A stretch of 64,000 nt of DNA from Amphiscolops sp. MND2022 (taxonomy: Eukaryota): assembly GCA_964187785.1 (NCBI GenBank), contig OZ076409.1:45696001-45760000 (forward strand), written 5' to 3'. The notes below the pieces were generated by a model. That model did no database searches, was not told the DNA's origin, and worked only from the letters and a program-made list of their open reading frames with translations. A program made the position numbers and the translations under genes. Shown here in pieces: positions 37,725 to 50,705 of this stretch. Each line of letters begins with the position of its first letter. Within the stretch, counting starts at the first letter, position 1.

Positions 37725-38064
37725 GGTTCTAGGACAATACGCCCAAGGAAATTACGCCCAAACGGAATTTACGCCCAAGGAAATTAGGCTATTCAAAGGG
37801 CATAGCAGCGATTTTTTTAAGGTTATTATTTGAAGAGGCATAAATATTTGTTGTATGGCTCGGTCGCTTCGCTCCCTTCGCCAAGTAGCAACATTGAGGC
37901 ATGGCCATATGGCACGTCACTCCGCTTCGCTTCGCTCCTGCATTCAGTGCACTAGGGTATGTGTGCATAGATGATTACATTATCGTAATTTACTTGTGCG
38001 TAATTTACGTTTGGGCGTAATGTCCGCTTTGGGTGTAATGTCATTGGGTGTAATGTCCGGACAC
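37725..38064. mobile_element. MITE with 9-bp TSD (MULE-like)
   Basis: TIRs GGTTCTAGGACAATACGCCC / GGGTGTAATGTCCGGACACC with subterminal TTACGCCCAA repeats; GACAATTAG at 37716-37724 and 38065-38073. Confidence 0.8.
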
Positions 38065-38449
38065 CGACAATTAGAACTCTATAGAATGTATTTTTTTATT
38101 TCCTAATTTCGAGCACAATTTTTTCGAAGACGTTCAAATATCTCCACGAATACACATGCTACGAACCTATTTTTTCGCCATTCACGACTATCTTTTGAAT
38201 TTAAAATTGGAACACGGCTGAATTTCACAAAAAACGCGGTTATAAAAAAGGACACGAGACTTAATTCTTCTTACCAATATGGGCGGAAAATCGAAAATTT
38301 TCTTTTAAGTGCTTGCGTTTGATTCAGTTTAAAATCCGGTTCTCCGAGATAAAATTGGCCTTGTTAATCAGACTATAGTTGGAAGTAGGCAGAGGAAATA
38401 AATACACGACTTTCTTTGGTTTAGCAATCCAAATGAAAATTTGACTCAC

Positions 38450-38694
38450 TGTCGGAATATTAAGGGTCTTCGGATTGATGAAGCCAGTAGCGTTAACTCC
38501 GTCTTCGCGAATTTTTGGGAAATGAGACACTGCGAAGAGTCCAGTGTTTTCTTCGAGATTGATACTAATGCTAAACGTCGACAAAGAGTCTTTATCAATT
38601 GATTTCTCTAAAGGGATTACTCTGCCCAAGATTCGCTTCATGTCCTTCCAGTAGAAAAATGTCAGGTGACTTCCAGCCTTGTACGTTTCCACAC
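38450..38694 (-). CDS. MED14: MED14 coding exon 5
   Basis: VETYKAGSHLTFFYW resembles VERYHAGKCLSLSVW; cAG / GTgagt. Confidence 0.9.
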
Positions 38695-38850
38695 CTGGGT
38701 ACAATCAAATGATCATTTGAAGCACCTTTTCACGAATTGAGTCATCTAGTGTTTTGTGCAGTGACAACATATTCGAGTTCATTACATATAAGATACTTTA
38801 CAATCACTAGACAGCGATATTTTCAATTTCTAACTTCAATTGAACTTTTC

Positions 38851-39302
38851 GGACCATGTTTCTCATTTCCTCCAGGTACACCTTGTTTCTTACCTCCCCC
38901 CCCCCCCACAACACGAAAACAACTATTACGCTTGAAAAAACTCCTTGTGCGAATGAAAAACTGATGTGGCTACAAATACTTCGAGGATTGTCTCGAGTTG
39001 CTTCGACACTTGCAGCAAAAAATTAACCGAGTTTTCAGTATTTTATCTACCAAAAATCAAAAATGCGCATCTGGAACTAGCTACAATTGTACAGGAAAGT
39101 CCCTATTTTAACGCAAAATTTTCCCAGAGTAGAATATAATGGACTACTTTCAACTGAGTCATTGTAAAAGATAGTATTATGTCGACATCAATTTTATTGG
39201 ACCGAAATTTCAGCGCAAGCAATGTCGACATAATGGTATTTGAACCTTATTCCTTATTTCCCTCAACCGGTCGCTTGGAGGGGCAAATGAGAAACATGGT
39301 CC
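38851..39302. mobile_element. MITE with 18-bp perfect TIR and 8-bp TSD
   Basis: GGACCATGTTTCTCATTT / AAATGAGAAACATGGTCC; AACTTTTC on both sides. Confidence 0.88.
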
Positions 39303-39455
39303 AACTTTTCAACCGTTTCCAATGAAGGGCCTCCAATGAAGGTCAATCAAATGATATTTTCCCCATTGTTCATACTTCAGTGAGATTCCACGCATATTTG
39401 ATCTTCTACATCTTTTCAAGATACCGATTCAAAAAAATAAGGTGTATTGTCTAAC

Positions 39456-39814
39456 CAATGAAAGCATTGCGTTGTTCCAACACTGAGCAGAGAAGTTGTG
39501 AATGCAATATTTCCAATCGGAGATATTGGCAAAACTTGTGTAGGTAGTGATAAACATGGGACAATTGGAACTCCTTGGAATTCAATTTGCTTTGGATCAA
39601 CCCTACCAAGTAATTCTTCTGTAACTCATGTACAAGAGGTCGCCCCTCGCCAACGTTGTCGTCTCGAATGAGAAACTCAATGTTCAAAACTCGCCAAGGA
39701 AGGGATGACTCAACACCGAACAAGGTCAAAGTTACGTTGAATTCATCCTCAACGTGGAAAGTAACTCTTCCGTTCTTGATTGTGAAGCGCCGGAATTCTT
39801 TAGGAATATTAGAG
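39456..39814 (-). CDS. MED14: MED14 coding exon 4
   Basis: IKNGRVTFHVEDEFNVTLTL...PWRVL...GEGRPLVH...LHKFCQYLRLEILHSQ, typical of the Med14 N-terminal domain. Confidence 0.95.
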
Positions 39815-40099
39815 CTAAAAATAATCAAAGACGACTTCACACAAAAAGATAATTTTTTTGAATGGTCATATTTTGAAGAAGCACAGAACAGTTCACATTA
39901 AATGTCGAACTCTCAAAAACTCAAACGTAGTACACAATCTTTACAACGTTCAACGAAAGGATTTCGCACAGGTTCCACCTATCAAACTAATATTGGACTT
40001 ACGTAATATTATGGGCATTGTCTCATATTTCTGTATTTCAAAGTCGCTACTCTCGATAGCGACTTGAACTGAAATGAAAAACCTACATAAGTGACTTAC

Positions 40100-40280
40100 T
40101 CGAAGAGTACTGAAGGTATCACTTCGTTGAGCTTCGACAGTGCAGCCGACTGCTCTGACTTGGTGGCGCTCTTCGGGGGAATAACTTTGTCGCGGATGAT
40201 TCCAGGCAACCGAGGGTAGGAGCCAGTGGATAGTACATCAACTGCATGTGGAATGTAAAATGTAGGCAGCTTAGCGTTTG
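40100..40280 (-). CDS. MED14: MED14 coding exon 3 (absent from the ORF track)
   Basis: Manual translation [34 protein letters not shown] resembles [34 protein letters not shown]; ttttAG / GTaagt. Confidence 0.95.
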
Positions 40281-41950
40281 CTAAAACAGCAAAACTCTAA
40301 ATATAACTGTTCATTTTCCTAATCGCCAACCTCGAAATAGCAAGTTTGCGCTTTCCTCAAAGGCCCAAATATGAACTGAATTCAAATTTTGACTATGAGA
40401 AATTTCGAACTTCAATAGTCGCGCATTGCTAAAATAATACAAGAGGAGGTTTCATCTAACTTTTGTGATTGCAGGATGCTAAAAGTTTTAACGAAGACCG
40501 TCAATGAGTATGACAAAAAACTTTCCGCTATCCATTATTTGAAAAATATAGGCGGAAAATAATTTGAAAAATTAACCCGCTGAGCACCGGGATAGTAACC
40601 GCCCTAAACTACTTTAGCGACAACACTTGCACAAAAAGTTTGAAAACTTTGAAAATTTGATACCTCTTGGTTCAGTCATAGTTTCAAAAGTTCGAATATC
40701 TCCACAAATATACAAGCTACGAACTTTTTTTCAAGTTGAAGTATAGAACTTTTATTTTTGAGTGAAAATTGGAACACAGCAAAATTTGGAAAAATGATCT
40801 CTGAATATCAGAATTGTTTCTTTACGATTCATATCCCGGCAACCAAGTTCCCAGATCTTGCGACTTGCATTAATAACCAATCACAGTGAGTTATTATAAA
40901 TAGTTTTAGACTTTTCTCATATTACACCAAGTGATAATTAGTTACACTGTATGACTAAAATTCACTAATTTATAAATGAATACTCATTAAAAGTGAAATT
41001 TAATCAAACTTTGACTAACTTACACATTACTAAATTAGCTTCTTTGCTGCACCACTACACTAATGGATTACTACAGTCTTTGACAAATTCACAGTAATTG
41101 ACTATTTTACCTAAAATACTATTCACACCAAGTGATCACTTTCCACTTTTGCGGGACATGTATCGTAATGTTTTCGTTGTCAAGACTAGTGCGCCATGGT
41201 GGCTTCAAAATAGCATGTTTACATGACGTTTGGTCAGTCAGTAACAAAATTCAGGAAAACTGTCAGATTAGATTGATAATTAACACAGAGGCGAAGCCGT
41301 GGTTCGCAAACACTTGCGAAGAAAGTTGCGAACTTTTGAAAAAAAAATAAGCAATATCATACGGAGAACCAAGGGTAAAATGACATTAAAATTTCATCAA
41401 ATTTACAGCGTCAAAAAATACCCGAAGGGATACGCATGAATCTCGAAAACCATTCTTCCACAACTGGAAACAGCAGAAAACCCATCTTTCTCAACCGAAA
41501 ACCTTTAAAAAAAAACAGAAACTTGAGGATTTTTTTCGAAATTTTTCGACAAAATTTTTTGAAGAAGGTCTCGGGTAAGTCGCATAGTGCACAAAAACCT
41601 TGAGCAGTCCTTCATGATGGCAAAACGTTTCGTTCCTAGTAAAAATTGAGGGCGGCTTCGATGAAAAGAAATTAGAAAAAAAGTCGCATAAAAAAGCCGG
41701 CCTTTGAAAACAAACAAAAATCGGATATAGCGTGCTGGGCCTGAGGAAACCTAATTTTATCACAAAAATTATTCCTTTTGAAAAATCTCACAAAGCCGAA
41801 AAAGACAGTTTGGAGTTTTTCGAAACATTTTCGAGAAAAAAAAGGAAATTTCAGTCTCAGTGCCGAAAAATCTGAAAGGGACGCTTTAAAATTTTTTAAT
41901 ATTCGTTGTTGCAAAAAAATCAAAAAATTGAAGGGAGGACACTTTGGGGA

Positions 41951-44900
41951 TGTGTTGACCCTAGTCCTGGGATAACTCGTTTATTTCAATTGGTCTAGAT
42001 GTAGATACCAGACTTTCTGGGTTGATTTCGTTCACTTCCGGAATCACAGTATCAGGCACTTTGCCCGACAGCGAGTCTATTTTTGAAGATAGATTTTCGA
42101 TCATTTTAAGGATTTCCCTCTGTCCCGTTTCAGGGTCTTTTATCCTCCTGCTAACAGATTTCTCAATATTCTCAGAGATCTCAGAGAAATCTCTGTCAGA
42201 GATACTCGGGACGTTCTGTTTTTAAACTTGTAGCTTCGGGTTCGCCTATCGAGCTTGTCAGAGAGTCTCTCCTAGCTTTCCTCCTAGATGTTCTTTCGGG
42301 CATTTTGAGTTCAGAATTCCAAAAATCTGGTCTTTTGGTCTAGAAATTTCTACGAAGTAGTGAAGAAGATGAAGATTCCCAAGTTTATTGATTATCAGAA
42401 CAGACAGTAAAAGTTTCGCAAAAATACAATTATCGACTGAAATTAATTTTAATTCACCAGATATCTATACCTTTTCGCTCGCGAGAGCGGGGGAAAATAT
42501 GCTCACCTTTCAGCCCGGCGTCCTTCCAAGGCAGGGAAACCGGAAGTTCAGTTCAGCTTTGTCGAACTCAGACTCTGTTTGTTTGTTCATGCTTCCCAAG
42601 GAAAGCACGCGTCCACTTCCTGTCTGAGTTGCGACTCCGCTTCCCTTCGCCTCCAAATACCACCTTTTCCAGACGCCGGAACTGAACTTGACAGTGAAAG
42701 TTTGGGAGTGAATCATCAAATTACAGCTGATGAAAGAAAATACAAATTGAGTGGAATAACACTAAAGATTTACAGAGGACAAAATGTCTCTTGATTTAAC
42801 TTTGTAACTCTACAAATACTGCACAAAATTATGATTTGCTTGGAAACAATGGAATTTTAGGGTATAAACAACGAAAATTACCGAGTGATCCAATCCTGGT
42901 CCCAGGCCAAGGGTCAGGCCATTCAACAATTAAACGTGGTTTACATGAGAAATAGCATTATAAAAAATAGGCCCCTCCGGGGCTCAGTACTATTTCTGCT
43001 TTATTCTTTATTTCTTGAAACAAAAAAATCATTAATAAATGAATCATATCTGGAATACCAATACACTCCTGTTTAATCATTACTTAGAGCACAATTAATC
43101 ACTGTACAAGTTTACACCGCCTTTAATTCTTCTCGGACTAAAGAAAATATAACTACTAAGCGTAGACGAGTTTCGCATCGCATTTGAATGCAGGCGAAGC
43201 TCTCAACGAACGAATAATTAACACTCATTCGCTTCATCTCAATAACTCGGGGCAACGAAAGCACAATTAGGAACATTTGCTCGCTTCATCTCAATGACGT
43301 CAGCATACGAATGAATAATTACCACTCGCTCGTTCCATCGCACTAGAATTGAATTGTCTTCGGCAGCTCTCTCGCTTACATTCACTACCGAACAAAACAT
43401 CTGAATTATTCAGATCGTCCGAAAAATTGTTCTGAAAAAAAGTACACGTTTCCAGATTTCAATAATATTCCTGCTAAAGCAGAAATATTAATTACATGCG
43501 ATCAACAATCGTCATTCGTTATCATGAGTATTAAGCTTCAGATTCATTAGGGAAAGAAGGATTATTAATAGCATCAACGTTCCCAATTTCTACAATGGAT
43601 TTTATTAAATTTTCATTCCAGGCCGCGTTCTGGGCCGCAGTAAATGACAGACTTTCTGGGTTGATTTCGTTCACTTCCGGAATCACAGTATCAGGCACTT
43701 TGCCCGACAGCGAGTCTATTTTTGAAGATAGATTTTCGATCATTTAAAGGATTTCCCTCTGTCCCGTTTCAGGGTCTTTTATCCTCCTGCTAACAGATTT
43801 CTCAATATTCTCAGAGATCTCAGAGAAATCTCTGTCAGAGATACTCGGGACGTTCTGTTTTTAAACTTGTAGCTTCGGGTTCGCCTATCGAGCTTGTCAG
43901 AGAGTCTCTCCTAGCTTTCCTCCTAGATGTTCTTTCGGGCATTTTGAGTTCAGAATTCCAAAAATCTGGTCTTTTGGTCTAGAAATTTCTACGAAGTAGT
44001 GAAGAAGATGAAGATTCCCAAGTTTATTGATTATCAGAACAGACAGTAAAAGTTTCGCAAAAATACAATTATCGACTGAAATTAATTTTAATTCACCAGA
44101 TATCTATACCTTTTCGCTCGCGAGAGCGGGGGAAAATATGCTCACCTTTCAGCCCGGCGTCCTTCCAAGGCAGGGAAACCGGAAGTTCAGTTCAGCTTTG
44201 TCGAACTCAGACTCTGTTTGTTTGTTCATGCTTCCCAAGGAAAGCACGCGTCCACTTCCTGTCTGAGTTGCGACTCCGCTTCCCTTCGCCTCCAAATACC
44301 ACTTTTTCCAGACGCCGGAACTGAACTTGACAGTGAAAGTTTGGGAGTGAATCATCAAATTACAGCTGATGAAAGAAAATACAAATTGAGTGGAATAACA
44401 CTAAAGATTTACAGAGGACAAAATGTCTCTTGATTTAACTTTGTAACTCTACAAATACTGCACAAAATTATGATTTGCTTGGAAACAATGGAATTTTAGG
44501 GTATAAACAACGAAAATTACCGAGTGATCCAATCCTGGTCCCAGGCCAAGGGTCAGGCCATTCAACAATTAAACGTGGTTTACATGAGAAATAGCATTAT
44601 AAAAAATAGGCCCCTCCGGGGCTCAGTACTATTTCTGCTTTATTCTTTATTTCTTGAAACAAAAAAATCATTAATAAATGAATCATATCTGGAATACCAA
44701 TACACTCCTGTTTAATCATTACTTAGAGCACAATTAATCACTGTACAAGTTTACACCGCCTTTAATTCTTCTCGGACTAAAGAAAATATAACTACTAAGC
44801 GTAGACGAGTTTCGCATCGCATTTGAATGCAGGCGAAGCTCTCAACGAACGAATAATTAACACTCATTCGCTTCATCTCAATAACTCGGGGCAACGAAAG

Positions 44901-47487
44901 CACAATTAGGAACATTTGCTCGCTTCATCTCAATGACGTCAGCATACGAATGGATAATTACCACTCGCTCGTTCCATCGCACTAGAATTGAATTGTCTTC
45001 GGCAGCTCTCTCGCTTACACTCACTGCCGAACAAAACATCTGAATTATTCAGATCGTCCGAAAAATTGTTCTGAAAAAAAGTACACGTTTCCAGATTTCA
45101 ATAATATTCCTGCTAAAGCAGAAATATTAATTACATGCGATCAACAATCGTCATTCGTTATCATGAGTATTAAGCTTCAGATTCATTAGGGAAAGAAGGA
45201 TTATTAATAGCATCAACGTTCCCAATTTCTACAATGGATTTTATTAAATTTTCATTCCAGGCCGCGTTCTGGGCCGCAGTAAATGACAGACTTTCTGGGT
45301 TGATTTCGTTCACTTCCGGAATCACAGTATCAGGCACTTTGCCCGACAGCGAGTCTATTTTTGAAGATAGATTTTCGATCATTTTAAGGATTTCCCTCTG
45401 TCCCGTTTCAGGGTCTTTTATCCTCCTGCTAACAGATTTCTCAATATTCTCAGAGATCTCAGAGAAATCTCTGTCAGAGATACTCGGGACGTTCTGTTTT
45501 TAAACTTGTAGCTTCGGGTTCGCCTATCGAGCTTGTCAGAGAGTCTCTTCTAGCTTTCCTCCTAGATGTTCTTTCGGGCATTTTGAGTTCAGAATTCCAA
45601 AAATCTGGTCTTTTGGTCTAGAAATTTCTACGAAGTAGTGAAGAAGATGAAGATTCCCAAGTTTATTGATTATCAGAACAGACAGTAAAAGTTTCGCAAA
45701 AATACAATTATCGACTGAAATTAATTTTAATTCACCAGATATCTATACCTTTTCGCTCGCGAGAGCGGGGAAAAATATGCTCACCTTTCAGCCCGGCGTC
45801 CTTCCAAGGCAGGGAAACCGGAAGTTCAGTTCAGCTTTGTCGAACTCAGACTCTGTTTGTTTGTTCATGCTTCCCAAGGAAAGCACGCGTCCACTTCCTG
45901 TCTGAGTTGCGACTCCGCTTCCCTTCGCCTCCAAATACCACTTTTTCCAGACGCCGGAACTGAACTTGACAGTGAAAGTTTGGGAGTGAATCATCAAATT
46001 ACAGCTGATGAAAGAAAATACAAATTGAGTGGAATAACACTAAAGATTTACAGAGGACAAAATGTCTCTTGATTTAACTTTGTAACTCTACAAATACTGC
46101 ACAAAATTATGATTTGCTTGGAAACAATGGAATTTTAGGGTATAAACAACTAAAATTACCGAGTGATCCAATCCTGGTCCCAGGCCAAGGGTCAGGCCAT
46201 TCAACAATTAAACGTGGTTTACATGAGAAATAGCATTATAAAAAATAGGCCCCTCCGGGGCTCAGTACTATTTCTGCTTTATTCTTTATTTTTTGAAACA
46301 AAAAAATCATTAATAAATGAATCATATCTGGAATACCAATACACTCCTGTTTAATCATTACTTAGAGCACAATTAATCACTGTACAAGTTTACACCGCCT
46401 TTAATTCTTCTCGGACTAAAGAAAATATAACTACTAAGCGTAGACGAGTTTCGCATCGCATTTGAATGCAGGCGAAGCTCTCAACGAACGAATAATTAAC
46501 ACTCATTCGCTTCATCTCAATAACTCGGGGCAACGAAAGCACAATTAGGAACATTTGCTCGCTTCATCTCAATGACGTCAGCATACGAATGGATAATTAC
46601 CACTCGCTCGTTCCATCGCACTAGAATTGAATTGTCTTCGGCAGCTCTCTCGCTTACACTCACTGCCGAACAAAACATCTGAATTATTCAGATCGTCCGA
46701 AAAATTGTTCTGAAAAAAAGTACACGTTTTCAGATTTCAATAATATTCCTGCTAAAGCAGAAATATTAATTACATGCGATCAACAATCGTCATTCGTTAT
46801 CATGAGTATTAAGCTTCAGATTCATTAGGGAAAGAAGGATTATTAATAGCATCAACGTTCCCAATTTCTACAATGGATTTTATTAAATTTTCATTCCAGG
46901 CCGCGTTCTGGGCCGCAGTAAATGACATTTCAAAAATCACCACGAATATTTAGTTAGTAAAACAATTACATGTATAGCATCGTTTCAATCGTTTTTCTAA
47001 GGCATTAACAGGTTTACATGTACTCAACGATAACGCGTTTATTATTAGAGAAAAGCGCACAGCACATTTTATTCTGAGGCCGCTTGCCAGGCCGGCGTCT
47101 CGCTGCTCAAATTTGAGACCAGGCTGCCAGGCCGCGGTTCTGCCATTTAATTTCTCAGGCCGCTTGCTAGGCCGTGTGATTCGATTGTTTTCACTTATAT
47201 AGCACTGTTTTAATACTATTAACGGCAAAATACCTTCATATTGGTTGGTACACTATATGTATGTATGTATATAATTCTATATAATTATATGAATATTGGT
47301 ATGTAATTCCTCTTGATTATAATATTATTTTAGCGCCGTTATTTCAGATTATTCAACATGAAATAGTAACATATATCACAAAACGGTTGCATGTTGATTT
47401 TGTTTTCTCTCCTTCATTTCCCATTTTGTTCTTCGTAGACTGGGTTCTTTGCGTTGCAATACTCACAGCTTATCTGGGGCTGTGACA
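41951..47487 (-). mobile_element. Probable solo LTR (TGT...ACA, 5-bp TSD) enlarged by nested insertion and triplication
   Basis: Begins TGTGTTGACCC, ends GGGGCTGTGACA; GGGGA at 41946-41950 and 47488-47492. Confidence 0.65.
42008..46927. repeat. Tandem triplication, 3 x 1639 bp, nearly identical; each unit holds a family A element (42962-43490, 44601-45129, 46240-46768)
   Basis: ORF track repeats at 42388/44027/45666 (period 1639); only scattered single-base differences. Confidence 0.97.
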
Positions 47488-47600
47488 GGGGACATTAAAA
47501 AATTTTCAAAAAAAGTCTCACAAAGCCGAAAGAGGGGAGTATCATAGTTCCGGAAAAAAGCGAAAACCTTCTGCTTCGAAACAATTGTAAAAAAAATTAG

Positions 47601-47673
47601 TGCATACGCGCAGGTTCGAACACGAACACTCTGGGTTGAAAAGCAAGCATCTTACCACTAGACCACGAACGGC
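47601..47673 (-). pseudogene. tRNA-derived sequence (Glu-TTC-like), 73 nt
   Basis: TGGTCTAGTGG A box, TTTTCAA loop, GTTCGAACC B box, T-run shortly downstream; acceptor stem does not pair. Confidence 0.65.
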
Positions 47674-48344
47674 TGAATTTTGCGACTTGCGGGCTGAAAC
47701 GAGAGTTGTCGCGCGGAAAAAAAGCACCCGCACTTTCTAAAAACACTTGCTTATCGCAAGTGTAAAAAGTTCAAGAGAATGAAATACCTTAAAGCTTACT
47801 TCTTGTTTACAGAACTATTTTCGAGCAAAATCACGCAAACTGTTTCAACCAGAGCTGTCAAGGTTTTGTGATCAACAGAAATCAAATTACTTTGCAACAG
47901 AAGCAGTTGAAGGAAAACAAGAGGCGGCCTCCTCAGGTTCACAATGAATCATTGACATACACTCAAGCTGTTTTTGAGAAAATTAGACTGAAAAATCTAA
48001 CAATGTGGAAAGGGGACGGATCCTTTTCTCAACTGAAAACATCATAAAACCAAAAAAATTAGCTTTCGAGAAACAAAACATTTTTCGAAGTTGCGCCAAA
48101 AGTAGTCACAGGGAAGTAATTGGAGTGAGCATTAACTGCATACAAAAATCTAATTTAGCTCAGCGACAATATCAGCTGTAGGCGCCAATACACTGTCCAA
48201 GGAAAATTTGAGAGCTTTGAATATAAATTTGAGAGGCTACGTGATTGACAGCAAAGTGACAATATGAAGCAAAATGACAGCAAATAATCTGCCAACACCC
48301 CCCGCCAAAAAAAAACGATTTAAAACTTTGGTTAGATTATCCAC

Positions 48345-48531
48345 CTAGGTCTTCTCTGGCCATGGTGTGCAATCTGTTGGCTGTCATGACGAAGAAGTTG
48401 GCTTGATTATCCAGAAATTCAGTCACGTGAGCAGACCGGTCAACTTTGGCTGCACCACTCACCCATTTGGCCAAAGCAAACACACGCACAAACATTTGCC
48501 TCGTTTTGATGCACCATTTACACAGCTCAAC
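48345..48531 (-). CDS. MED14: MED14 coding exon 2 (absent from the ORF track)
   Basis: Manual translation TRQMFVRVFALAKW...FLDNQANFFVMTANRL resembles TRQLFVRLLALVKW...FLDQQAILFVDTADRL. Confidence 0.95.
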
Positions 48532-49479
48532 CTAAACAAAAAGAATGATTGAATTAAAAAATTGACATTTCATTGGGAAGTATCTAGGACCGAATGTAGA
48601 CAACGTTAGCCAGTGATTTCTCCCAATAGATTGTTGTTGATAGTTCGGGGTTGTGAGCAGGGTTGGCAGAACGTGTATTTTCGAAAATAACAAACAGTTC
48701 TTCAACGTTTTTTACTTCTAGCTGTCACCGCAACTTGCCTTAAGAAAATCAGAGTCTCAAAAACATGCATTCCAAGCCAGGTGGAGAGGAAGTCGCGTTC
48801 CCTTCAAGCCTCTGGGTACAAATCAGCAAAACTTTTTCCGGTGAAAAAATAAATAACATGGTAAAAGCGTGCCAAAATTGGTTAAAACGTGCCATTATTA
48901 GATGGTAAAAACGTGCCATTATTAGATTTTTCAATAATAGATCGACTTGTCTGAACTATTCAAGGCTAATAGCATCAAATTTGTTTGGAATTTTTTAAAT
49001 GACAAAGCTGAACTACATGTATTACCTTCAACAATAAGAAATACGTATTACGAGTACAGACTTGTTTCATTAAAAACAATAGTGAACTTGAAGATAAACA
49101 AATATTGTTGACAATGGATTAAGCAGTCCGCGCGTTCAAAGTATTCCTTGAATTCTTCAGCATTAAAAAGTTTCAAAGGAAATGTTTAAAGATTTTGACG
49201 GATCAAATACCAAATCAAAACTTCAACGTATTTTTTATCAGTGACTAGGAAAGAATCAACAAAACGAGAACGTCTTAAAACGGCACCCCGCTTACGGGTC
49301 AAAAAGCGCAAACTCTTGGGAAGCCAGCGACTGAAAAGTGCTAAGTGGCAGGACTTTGGCGTGAATGTTTGATCAAAAAGTTTACAATTCAGTATGATAT
49401 CTTTTATTTGACAAAAAACTCGCCAATGTAGAAATCGGTCTTTTTTTGAAGAGAACGCTGACTAAAACTATATATGTAC

Positions 49480-49728
49480 CTTCCTTTCCACATCTGGTTT
49501 CCTCGGGAGAAGTTCAGCTAAAACAATAAGTTCGTGATACGCAGTTTGGACTGCTCTTTCGATTATGACGGATAATTTGATAGCATCTTGTTGCTGGTGA
49601 GTGGGCACAATTTGATTGGCTGCTGTCGACATCAATGACCCCTTCTGACCATCAAGCATGGGCGATGGCATTGAAGCAGGTGCAATATTATTAGGAGTAC
49701 TACTGATAGGGACCATCATAGATGCCAT
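49480..49728 (-). CDS. MED14: MED14 (Mediator of RNA polymerase II transcription subunit 14) coding exon 1
   Basis: AYHELIVLAELLPRKPDVERK resembles AYSELMVLTDLLPRKSDVERK; ATG 6 nt after a TTTCAG acceptor; AAG/GTac donor. Confidence 0.93.
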
Positions 49729-49875
49729 TACTATCTGAAAGCAATAAATATTTTCCAATATTTTATCCCGCAAATAAAACAACCATTCAGCACACACTTT
49801 ATATAGTTTCAACGGATAATTTTTTTGAATGATTTCATCTCACCGGAATATTCGCACATTCCGTCTTCTATATGG

Positions 49876-50477
49876 AAAATAGGCGCCTCCGGGGCACACA
49901 TTTCTGCTTTAATCTTTCATTATTAATAGAATCATATCTGGAATACCAATACTCTCCTGTTTAATCATTATTTAGCGCACAATTAGGCACTGTTACATTT
50001 TATACCGCCTTGAAATCTGTTACATGTAAATATCATCAAGTATTTCTTTCTACAATCAATTTGACTAGAATCAATTCAGTCTTTTAGTAGTAATAGTAGT
50101 AAATCTCGGACTAAAGCAAATATAACTAAGCCTAGACGAAGTTTCACATTCGCAACTGAATGCAGGCGAAGCTCTCCGCGAAAGTATAATCAACACTCAT
50201 TCGCTTCATCTCAATAACTCGGCGCAACGAAAGCACAATTACGAACATTCGCTCGCTTCATCTCCATGACGTCAGCTTACGAATGCATAATTACCACTCG
50301 CTCGTTCCATCGCACGAGAATTGAATTGTCGTCGGCAGCTAGAAAAATTTAATTCTTACGCTTATAGTCACTGCCGAACAAAACATCTGAATTATTCAAT
50401 ATCCTGCCAAGAATTGTACTGAAAAAAGTAGACATTTTGAGATTTCAATGATGTTCCTGCTAAAGCAGAAATAATAA
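49876..50477 (-). mobile_element. Helentron-like family A element just upstream of MED14
   Basis: ATTTCTGCTTTA / TAAAGCAGAAAT subTIRs, GC hairpin, shared core. Confidence 0.8.
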
Positions 50478-50705
50478 AAAGGAAACCTAATCCTTCAACG
50501 GCTTTTTTACACCGAATTTTGTCATGTTCCATAATATGTTCTACTAAAAAATCAAGTTTGCAGCACTTGTATTTATCAAAATAATCGGGCTTTTTTGTAG
50601 AAAAGTTTATAGAAAAAAGTGCCACGAAACATTATGTCAATATAAAGAAGAGCTTCGATATTCACGCTGACAAAAATTGTGGGGTCGAGACAAAAACCAT
50701 AGTTG

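Larger units (their letters stand above)
41282..47768 (-). mobile_element. Helentron-like family C element (subTIR ACACTTGCG) split by a 5.5-kb insertion
   Basis: Minus 5' end TTTTT-ACACTTGCG-ATAA-GCAAGTGT; 3' end CGCAAGTGT plus GCGAA..TTCGC hairpin; internal subrepeats shared with family B; halves rejoin at GGGGA. Confidence 0.7.

Noticed and set aside
42022..46354. Three-copy cluster of small genes
   Set aside because: The ORFs recur only because of the tandem triplication and lack splice or domain support.
47601..47673. Functional tRNA genes here and at 30307, 51170 and 55536
   Set aside because: Stems do not pair properly and all lie within dispersed repeats; treated as tRNA-derived.
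49729..49812. N-terminal extension of MED14 shown in the ORF track
   Set aside because: Starts at a non-ATG codon, lies upstream of a splice acceptor and is repeat-shared sequence.
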